Below are positions 31,672 through 38,615 of a stretch of 45,725 nucleotides of DNA, in pieces. A program made the position numbers and the translations under genes. The stretch's first letter is position 1, and each line of letters opens with the position of its first letter. Source of the stretch: a virus; IMG/VR virus record IMGVR_UViG_3300037419_000575; one strand, given 5' to 3'. The notes under the pieces were generated by a model that saw nothing but the letters and a program-made list of their open reading frames with translations, ran no database searches and had not been told where the DNA came from.

Positions 31672-31836
31672 ATGTCGAAGAGAGCCGACGAATATCTCGA
31701 GAAGGCCCGCCGCCGGCTACCGCCAGAGGAGTTCGAGGCGCTGAAGAAGCGAGCCGAGGGGCTCCCACCCTTCTCCCGCCTCGGGCTCGCCATAGGGATC
31801 GCCGTAGCGGCCCTGATCGTCGGCTGTCGGTCGTAG
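31672..31836 (+). CDS. 54-aa tail-anchored membrane protein; the only plausible plus-strand gene
   Basis: AGGAG-N9-ATG. MSKRADEYLEKARRRLPPEEFEALKKRAEGLPPFSRLGLAIGIAVAALIVGCRS. About 80% of codons end in G/C by my count. It is followed by the palindrome CTTTTAAAAG (31838-31847). Confidence 0.5.
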   Translation: MSKRADEYLEKARRRLPPEEFEALKKRAEGLPPFSRLGLAIGIAVAALIVGCRS

Positions 31837-31920
31837 CCTTTTAAAAGCCCGTAGGCGTTCCTGTAACGCTTTTGGCTACATGGGTAGCGGGCGGGCCCGG
31901 ATCGGCGCTGTAGGGTGCCT

Positions 31921-31950
31921 CTACGGGGCTCTACGGGGCCCCACAGGGCT
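31921..31950. repeat. three tandem 10-bp units
   Basis: CTACGGGGCT, CTACGGGGCC, CCACAGGGCT. Confidence 0.8.
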
Positions 31951-32258
31951 CAGGATCGGGTCCCTGCCCACACGGCGGCCACCAAGAGCACAATAACTGC
32001 CCCTGCGGACGCCACCAGGCCAGCCTTCAGGTCCCCTCGTGTCCGCCACAAGGTCAACCACCCGGCCACCGTGGGGATCACCGAGGCGCCGAGCGCCTGG
32101 GCGACCACCCACTTCAGCTCGACCGGCCCGTGGATCACCGCCCACGGCACCGACAGGAGCCAAGACGCGGCGAAGACGGCCGCCGCGGGGCGGAAGACCG
32201 GCCCGTGCGATTGCCCCACAGTAATAGGGGAACCGAGAGAGTCCTTAGGGTAGACCAT
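31950..32258 (-). CDS. membrane protein (about three TM segments)
   Basis: The internal ATG at 32258 gives 102 aa. The body is GC3-rich with hydrophobic segments. The upstream part of the track ORF is AT-rich and repeat-laden. Confidence 0.5.
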   Translation of the reverse strand: MVYPKDSLGSPITVGQSHGPVFRPAAAVFAASWLLSVPWAVIHGPVELKWVVAQALGASVIPTVAGWLTLWRTRGDLKAGLVASAGAVIVLLVAAVWAGTRS

Positions 32259-32350
32259 AAGGGTAAGATTATGGGTAAGATGAAGGAGATACAACCCTAA
32301 GGACACCCTAATGTCCCCTTTCGGAGCCATGAGGGTGCCTTGAAGGTCTC

Positions 32351-32542
32351 CTAGAGGGCGAACAGGACCATGTAGTCGGCTCGCCAGTGGAACCGGGGGT
32401 CCCGCATCCGCATCACCTTCCCTCCCAAGGAGCGAAGGACCCCTAGCAGATGCTCCACCAGAGGCCAGTTCTCGTTGATCTCGGCGTAGCGGAGCATCCG
32501 GGAGGCGGAGTCAGCGAGGCGCTGGTGCTCGTTCACCGCCAT
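32351..32542 (-). CDS. hypothetical protein (gp19.5 position)
   Basis: 63 aa. It overlaps the terminase 3' end by 10 nt. Confidence 0.45.
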   Translation of the reverse strand: MAVNEHQRLADSASRMLRYAEINENWPLVEHLLGVLRSLGGKVMRMRDPRFHWRADYMVLFAL

Positions 32543-34392
32543 GTGGCCGACCCTGCTTGCTTGAGGGCTCGCCTCAGGGCGAACCTAGAGGGCTTCGGAG
32601 TGAACCCGAGGGCTTTCCTGCCGGCGCCTCGAGGGGGCTTTATGGGGTCCGGGTGGAACCGGGCATCGCGGCCAATCTGGGTCGCCATGACCTGCCGGGC
32701 GAACTCGTGACGGGCCTTGGCTGCCTCCGCCGCCTCCGCCTTGGAGGAGTCGAGGGCCATGTAGTCGAGCCAGTAGCTAACCGCGTTGGTGAGCACGTCG
32801 ACGCGGTCATCCTTGCGGAGAGCGCCCCGTTGGTTCGCCATGTGGGTTAGCTGGTAGAGGCCGGAATACTCCAAATAGGCGAACTTGCCGAGCTTGCGGT
32901 CGGCGTAGGAGCGGATTTCGGCCAGGTCGGCCTCGATCACGGCCCTGTCAACCACCAGGCGGTGGTTCTGGAGGACCGGATGGAGGGTCTGGACGATCCT
33001 CGCCTCCTTCATGCCAGTGACCTTGTGGTCCTCTACGGCGCCCTTGAAGCCGGCCTGGCGGAGGTGCGTCTCGAGCAGGCGGGAGAACATCCCGTCGCCG
33101 AAGTTCGCCTCGACGCGGACGAGGGTCGCTCCGGACTCCACGGCCATCTGTGCGAGGGCCTGCAAGGTCGCCTCGGAGTGGCCGTCCTTGAAGCCACCCC
33201 ATTTCCGCAGGTAGATGCGGCCGTTGAGGAAGCTGGTCAGCGCGTAGGCAGTCTCGTCGGTGCCGGAGCCCGAGGGATCGATCTCGAAGACGTGGCCCGA
33301 GTAGGGCTTCCACTCCTCCGCCACATACATCGGGCCGTAGAAGCGGTCGCCGTCGAAGCCGACGTTGTCGAGGTCGCGGATGAGCTGCTTGCTGCTCGAG
33401 CCCCATGCGACGTGGATCGGCGCCTGGGCGGGGTCGACGTCGGAGACGATCAGGTCCCGCGTCTTGAGCGGGAACTTGTCCTGGTCGGTCAGGCTCGTGT
33501 CGAGCATGAACTGGAGCTGGAAGCCGGCTAGGCCCCACTCCACCTCACGCTCCAGAAGGTCCTCCTCGTTGAACCTTGCGGGGTCCGTCGGAGCGCCGCC
33601 GAGGCTGGAGCCAAAGCGTGGCTCGCCGAGCGCCGGGTTCTCCTCGAGGTCCTTCTTCAGGAGCGGCGCGAGGTCCGCCTCATACAACTCCATCTTCCCG
33701 CGGAGCGGGTAGCGGGACGGCCAGAGGCGGATCGCGTAGCCCTTCGACTTGAGGCCCCGGTAGATCGAGGCCATGCTCTGGAAGGTGCCGAGGTAGATGG
33801 TCTCGCCGCCGGGCTTACGCAGCGCCGCGGCTTCGCCGATCCGGTCGACCAGCTTCTCGCGCTGGCCCTCGGTCTCCGAGTTGTTGGGAACCTCGACGTC
33901 GTCGAACAGGAGGATGTCGGAGCGGCCGCCCGTGAGCTGCCCGCCGATCCCCGCAGCCCAGACCGAGGGGTCCTTTGAGGGCTGCGCGGGGCCGACGTCG
34001 AACAGCATGGTGCTGTTCTTCTGGCTCGACCGCGCCTTCAGTTCGGACCAGGGGACCGCCTCCCCCGTCTCCGCGTCGGTCGCATTGATGAGGGTATGGA
34101 TGAACGAGGCCACCGTGGCGGCGAAGCGCTCGTTGGCGGAGACCACGCCGATCTTGAGATCGGGGTCGCGCCATAGCCGCCAGACGATATAGGCGGCCGT
34201 GAGGAAGGTCTTGCCGACGCCGCGGAAGGCCGCGAGGAAGCGGAGCCGAGGCCCCGTCTCGAGGTAGCGGGCGATGTCATACTGGACCCGCGTGGGCGCC
34301 GGGAGCAGGAGCACCCGCGTCCAGACATACCAGATGAACTTGAGGTAGGAGCCCTTGAGGATGTCCTCGAGGGTCTCCGGAGCTTGGCTCAT
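32533..34392 (-). CDS. terminase large subunit (T7 gp19-like)
   Basis: 619 aa with Walker A (AFRGVGKT) and Walker B-like (ILLFDDVE) motifs plus a C-terminal nuclease region. Confidence 0.9.
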   Translation of the reverse strand: MSQAPETLEDILKGSYLKFIWYVWTRVLLLPAPTRVQYDIARYLETGPRLRFLAAFRGVGKTFLTAAYIVWRLWRDPDLKIGVVSANERFAATVASFIHTLINATDAETGEAVPWSELKARSSQKNSTMLFDVGPAQPSKDPSVWAAGIGGQLTGGRSDILLFDDVEVPNNSETEGQREKLVDRIGEAAALRKPGGETIYLGTFQSMASIYRGLKSKGYAIRLWPSRYPLRGKMELYEADLAPLLKKDLEENPALGEPRFGSSLGGAPTDPARFNEEDLLEREVEWGLAGFQLQFMLDTSLTDQDKFPLKTRDLIVSDVDPAQAPIHVAWGSSSKQLIRDLDNVGFDGDRFYGPMYVAEEWKPYSGHVFEIDPSGSGTDETAYALTSFLNGRIYLRKWGGFKDGHSEATLQALAQMAVESGATLVRVEANFGDGMFSRLLETHLRQAGFKGAVEDHKVTGMKEARIVQTLHPVLQNHRLVVDRAVIEADLAEIRSYADRKLGKFAYLEYSGLYQLTHMANQRGALRKDDRVDVLTNAVSYWLDYMALDSSKAEAAEAAKARHEFARQVMATQIGRDARFHPDPIKPPRGAGRKALGFTPKPSRFALRRALKQAGSATWR

Positions 34393-34407
34393 TAACGTGC
34401 CTTTTGC

Positions 34408-35499
34408 CTACGCCTTGGAGTAGAGTCGCGCGTGCCGGCTCTCGAGCGTGATGGTGTCCGTCGAGACGCCGAGCTGCGCGGTGATCGTGACCGCGATGGC
34501 CGCGGTGGAGTCCAGCGTGAGCGGGCCCTGGTTCTTCGCGACCGTCTGGTTCGAGAGGAGATGCCACTCCATGTAACGCTGCGAGGAAGTGCTGCCTCGG
34601 TTTGATAGGTGGACCTCGAAGTAGGCGCTGCTCGCTGCGGTGGAGGCAATCGTTGCGATTGTCGTCCCGCCGACCTTGATCCGCACGGTGCGCGCGTTGG
34701 TTCCGCTTGGGAGCGTGATGTCGCCTTCGAGGATGAACTTTCCGTTGGCCCCAAGGCCCCCGGCGGGGATCGTGATGGTTGCCAGCGTGAACTCGGCCGT
34801 GTCACCCGTGTGGGAGACAGGCTGAGCGCTCTGGTCAAGCAGCGTGTCCGGGCTGGAGGTTCCTGTCGGGGGAGCGGTCCAAGTCCCGTCGGCGCGGAGG
34901 AAGTTGGCGGTTCCGCCGCCCGATGCGGGAACGGCGCCGACAAGGGCGGTTCCGAAGATCGGCAGTCTGCCGGCCGGGACGGTGCCCGTCGAGAGGTCCG
35001 AGGCGGACCCTGAGGTGGCGATGGCGGCCAGCGTGGGGCGCCCGGTGAGGTCCGAGTAGGCGCCGGTGGTGGCGACCGTGGCGAGCGACGGCCGGCCGGT
35101 GAGGTCCGAATAGAGCCCCGAGGTGGCGACTGTGGCGAGCGAGGGCTTTCCCGTGAGGTCCGAATAGGCCCCCGTGGTTGCCACTGTGGCGAGGACGGGT
35201 CGGCCTGAGAGGTCCGTGTAGAGCCCCGAGGTCGCCACCGCCGCGAGGGCGCTGGCGTTGACCTTTGCGTTCAGAGCGCTCTGGAGGTCAAGCTGATCCG
35301 CCAGCGTGCCGGTGATCCCGCCCCACACCGCGGTCGTCCCGGCGGTGCCGGAAGCCGCGGCGTCCACGATGATGCTCTTGGTCGCGTCATTGAACGTGAG
35401 CGTCGCGTTCGGGCCGGGGATGAGCACCTGCTTCAGGACCGGATAGGAGTTGTAGCGGGTGATCGGGTTGCCCGTTGCCGGGAGGCTGGTCAGGGCCAC
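34408..35499 (-). CDS. second tail-fibre-like protein with reiterated ATSGxYSDLTGxP motif
   Basis: 363 aa with five 18-aa repeats (LATVATTGAYSDLTGKPS...), then GGGTANFLRADGTWTAPP, a motif common in phage fibres. Confidence 0.65.
   Translation of the reverse strand: MALTSLPATGNPITRYNSYPVLKQVLIPGPNATLTFNDATKSIIVDAAASGTAGTTAVWGGITGTLADQLDLQSALNAKVNASALAAVATSGLYTDLSGRPVLATVATTGAYSDLTGKPSLATVATSGLYSDLTGRPSLATVATTGAYSDLTGRPTLAAIATSGSASDLSTGTVPAGRLPIFGTALVGAVPASGGGTANFLRADGTWTAPPTGTSSPDTLLDQSAQPVSHTGDTAEFTLATITIPAGGLGANGKFILEGDITLPSGTNARTVRIKVGGTTIATIASTAASSAYFEVHLSNRGSTSSQRYMEWHLLSNQTVAKNQGPLTLDSTAAIAVTITAQLGVSTDTITLESRHARLYSKA
34978..35247. repeat. about five tandem 54-bp units encoding the 18-aa fibre repeat
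   Basis: Coordinates derived from residues 85-174 of the 363-aa ORF. Confidence 0.8.
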
Positions 35500-35508
35500 T
35501 GGCGCCTC

Positions 35509-35820
35509 CTAGTTGGCGTAGAGCGTGGGATCGTCGACGTTGAGGTTCTCGAGTTCCTCGATCAGTGGCGAGAACCGTTTCGAGGACGCCGGCGCGTCCA
35601 CGCCGTTGTCCTTGAGGAACTTGATGGCGACCGCGAGGAGCTTGGGGCTCAGCGGCTCGTAGTTCGGGTTCTTCTTCTGGGGACCGTTGGGCACCGCCGG
35701 GTCCTCGGGGACCATTACGGGAGCCTTGGCGCGCTCGATGGCGCGCTTCAGCTCGTCCGTCATGGAGCCCGCGAGGAGACCGTGGAGGGCGTCGAGAGCC
35801 TCGTTACTTGCTCGGCTCAT
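35509..35820 (-). CDS. terminase small subunit candidate (gp18-like)
   Basis: 103 aa. The call rests on size, position after the fibre/TM genes and the ..AIKFLKDNGV.. helix, so it is mainly positional. Confidence 0.45.
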   Translation of the reverse strand: MSRASNEALDALHGLLAGSMTDELKRAIERAKAPVMVPEDPAVPNGPQKKNPNYEPLSPKLLAVAIKFLKDNGVDAPASSKRFSPLIEELENLNVDDPTLYAN

Positions 35821-36034
35821 GCTCGCCCTCCAGGCGGCCGTCGATCAGCGAGAGATGCCTGTCGACGCGGTTGAGGTTGTCGCTCAGGTGGTTGACCGAG
35901 TCGTCGAGAGACTCGAGCCTCTCGATACGGTCGTCCTGGCGAGCATCGTTGATCTTGACGCCAACGATGGTGGACCCCGCGGCGAGCAACACAGCGGTCG
36001 CCACGGAGTTCACGATGGTTTCTTTGAGGGTCAT
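35804..36034 (-). CDS. single-TM coiled-coil protein at the T7 gp17.5 (holin) position
   Basis: 76 aa with N-terminal TM VNSVATAVLLAAGSTIVGV followed by charged heptads. Confidence 0.4.
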   Translation of the reverse strand: MTLKETIVNSVATAVLLAAGSTIVGVKINDARQDDRIERLESLDDSVNHLSDNLNRVDRHLSLIDGRLEGEHEPSK

Positions 36035-36042
36035 CTCACGCC

Positions 36043-38541
36043 TTACTGCGGGATCGTCAGGAGGATCGTTCCCGATCCGGGGGTTACGGAGCCGGTTCCG
36101 GTATTGGTCAGCTTCACTCGAGCCGTCGAGCTTGCGACGTCGTTGTTGACGACTATGCCGGACACTTCGAGCCCGACGTTGGTCCCCGTGAACTGCCCGG
36201 TGACGCGCGTGCCAATCGAGAACTGCGCCGGGAGGGAGACGGTGGTTGTCACCGACGCGCCGGCAGTCAGGGTTCCTGGGTCGAACGTCTGGCTTACCAC
36301 AGGCCCCACGCCGGCGATAATCGTCTTGGCCTCATAGCCCGCGACCGAAGCAAGTTCGGTCATCGCCTGATAGTAGAGCTTGCCTGCATCGCCACCCGCG
36401 CTCGGCCGCGGACCATATTTGATCCACTTGGCGAAGTTGATGGCGGTTCCGGTGATGAAGCCGAGCTGGACGTGGAGAGAAGCGGTGGGCGCAAGTGAGA
36501 GCACCTCGGCACCGTGACCTGTTCCCTCGATATGCAGCTCGTCGAAGCCTCCGCCGTGGTGAGCGCCGTTGCCTTCCGCCCCGAACGTGTAGATGATGTC
36601 ACATCCACCTTCGGACGACATCCGGCGCGGCCTTGCGCCATAAGTGGTGCCGTCCCGGAAGACGGTGCCACAATTGGTCCCAAAGACCCCCTCGATAGGG
36701 ATAACATTGGTATCGCTGCCACGCAGGAACGCCACGCCTCCGACGGAATAATATCCGGAACCGGACCCGGCGCCTGCCGCATAGGAGGCATCGTCAATCC
36801 AGTAGTAGAGGGTCAGCGTGTAGGTGCCATTCCCATTGTCGACCATCGTCTTAATGCCGTAAGGACGACCGCCGAGCCAATAGGTCCACCCCAAGGTCGC
36901 CTGAACGGGATCGACGGACGGCGCTGCGGTGACAAGAATGGTCGTCGTTTGGCTGGTTGCGCCGCTGCCACCGAGACGGACGGGATTGCTCCAGTTCGCC
37001 GCCATCGCCATCGTTCCGCCGGCCGCGTTGCTGATCCCGCAACTGCGGGCGCGGATGTAAGGGAGCGACGCATAGTTGCTGTTGAAGCCGTTCGATCCGA
37101 TCACGTCGGCCTGGTAGTAGCCCCAGAACTTGAAGTTGTTGCAGTTGATCGTTCCGGTGATCTTCCGGTTCTGGGCATCTTCAAGCCGGAAACCGTAACC
37201 GGCGAGGCGACTCGTCCAGGCTTGATCGACCACGCTGCTGCCGCTGCCCCAGAGGGTCAGGCTGCAGACCAACAGGTCCGGGTTCCTTATCGTCAGGAGC
37301 ACGTCCATTGTGGCGGTCGCGTGGATGGTGCCGCCGAGGAAGACCTGCTTGGTCTGATAATTCGTAGCGGCGCCTAGTGAGATGGGCAGCGAGGAAGTGC
37401 CATTGACCCAACACATTGCGGAAGCGCATGGCAACTGATTGACGACTTTATCCCAAGCCTCGACGGCAGCCTTCACATCGGTATTGTCCTGCGCCCCGAA
37501 CAGCGAGGCGGGCACGCCCATCGCCCAATACGGGAAGACCCAGGCGCCCGAAGCGCCGGTGAGGTCTCCGCCGACCGGGAGAATGATGTTGCCGCGGAAG
37601 CCGTTGAGGGTCGTGTTGTCGATCCCAATGTCCGTCGCGAGGACACGCCCGGTTCGTGCGGCATAGTCCGACGCGGTCATCGGCAGGAAGAGGCCCTGAC
37701 GAACGCCCTCGTTCAGCCAAGCGGGGAGGCCGGCGGTGAACGCCGCGGTCAGGCCGACGAGGATCGAACGCGAGGCCGCGTTGACCGTCGCATTGGTCAG
37801 CCCGAGGATTGCCTTCGCGAGTGCGTTGTCGGCGTTGCTACGGATCGCCGCTTCCGAGTTCAGGTTGGCCTGGAGCGCGGCGTCGCCGGCGATGCGGCCC
37901 TGCTGCTCGTTCGCGTCGCCTGTCGCCCGAAGGTTCGCTTCGTTGGCGACCGCGATGCCCCGATTGTTCGCTTCGGTGGCGTCGCCGGCGATGCGGGCCG
38001 CAGCCTCGGAGTTGATGGCGTCCGTGCGGGCGCTGGCTTCGGCGTTGTCGCCGGCCACGCGCGCCGCGGCTTCGTTATTGATTGCGTCGATGCGGGCGGT
38101 CGTCTCGTCGGCGTCGGCCGCAGCACGGGTAGCCGCTTCCGCATTGTCCGCCGCGATCCGCGAGTTCTGCTCGTTCGTGACCGCCGTGACGCGGTTGGCA
38201 GTCTCGGCCGCTAGGTCGATGTTCGCCTGAGCGATGCCGTCGGAGAGTTCCTGGTCGACATACTGATGCTGAGTGCTGTCCTGATCGAGGTCCCCCTCGG
38301 TCAGCACCGCCCCGTTGGTGTAGTCGACGAGGCGCGAGGCGAGTGACGTGTCGCGGTAGACCGCCCAGACCGCGCCGTCCGCTACTGCGTTGGTGAACTT
38401 GATCTGGCTCGCGCCGGTCCAAGTGAAGGGCACAACGGCGCCATTGACGGTCGCCTTGACGTGAGCCTTGTCGAGGAACGGGAAGGTGAGGTTGACTGTG
38501 GGCGCCGTCCCGTTTCCGGTGCCCGTGATGCGTGCAAACAT
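36043..38541 (-). CDS. tail fibre / tailspike (gp17-like N-terminus, beta-helix-like C-terminal part)
   Basis: 832 aa. The N-terminal about 110 aa look like the T7 fibre adaptor domain. There follow about ten 11-aa repeats (E-x-x-x-R-I/V-x-x-x-x-N), then a G/N/S/T-rich repetitive C-terminal region. Confidence 0.8.
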   Translation of the reverse strand: MFARITGTGNGTAPTVNLTFPFLDKAHVKATVNGAVVPFTWTGASQIKFTNAVADGAVWAVYRDTSLASRLVDYTNGAVLTEGDLDQDSTQHQYVDQELSDGIAQANIDLAAETANRVTAVTNEQNSRIAADNAEAATRAAADADETTARIDAINNEAAARVAGDNAEASARTDAINSEAAARIAGDATEANNRGIAVANEANLRATGDANEQQGRIAGDAALQANLNSEAAIRSNADNALAKAILGLTNATVNAASRSILVGLTAAFTAGLPAWLNEGVRQGLFLPMTASDYAARTGRVLATDIGIDNTTLNGFRGNIILPVGGDLTGASGAWVFPYWAMGVPASLFGAQDNTDVKAAVEAWDKVVNQLPCASAMCWVNGTSSLPISLGAATNYQTKQVFLGGTIHATATMDVLLTIRNPDLLVCSLTLWGSGSSVVDQAWTSRLAGYGFRLEDAQNRKITGTINCNNFKFWGYYQADVIGSNGFNSNYASLPYIRARSCGISNAAGGTMAMAANWSNPVRLGGSGATSQTTTILVTAAPSVDPVQATLGWTYWLGGRPYGIKTMVDNGNGTYTLTLYYWIDDASYAAGAGSGSGYYSVGGVAFLRGSDTNVIPIEGVFGTNCGTVFRDGTTYGARPRRMSSEGGCDIIYTFGAEGNGAHHGGGFDELHIEGTGHGAEVLSLAPTASLHVQLGFITGTAINFAKWIKYGPRPSAGGDAGKLYYQAMTELASVAGYEAKTIIAGVGPVVSQTFDPGTLTAGASVTTTVSLPAQFSIGTRVTGQFTGTNVGLEVSGIVVNNDVASSTARVKLTNTGTGSVTPGSGTILLTIPQ
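37822..38205. repeat. tandem 33-bp repeats encoding 11-aa units of the fibre shaft
   Basis: ETANRVTAVTN EQNSRIAADNA EAATRAAADAD ETTARIDAINN EAAARVAGDNA EASARTDAINS EAAARIAGDAT EANNRGIAVAN EANLRATGDAN EQQGRIAGDAA. Confidence 0.8.
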
Positions 38542-38590
38542 TTAGCTTCCCGTGGCGGCTTGTCGCCGCTCTCGTTGGGTGAAGGGGGTA

Positions 38591-38612
38591 GGCCGGCCCC
38601 GAAGGGCCGACC
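38591..38612 (-). other. 9-bp stem with tetraloop between the gp16-like and fibre genes
   Basis: The minus-strand RNA forms GGUCGGCCC-UUCG-GGGCCGGCC. The single mismatch is G-U on the minus strand only. There is no U-run. Confidence 0.5.
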
Positions 38613-38615
38613 GGA

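Noticed and set aside
30838-32346. The cluster of motif copies as a CRISPR-like array
   Set aside because: The copies are about 17 nt, degenerate, irregularly spaced (tens to hundreds of bp) and also occur singly at gene junctions genome-wide. There are no cas genes.
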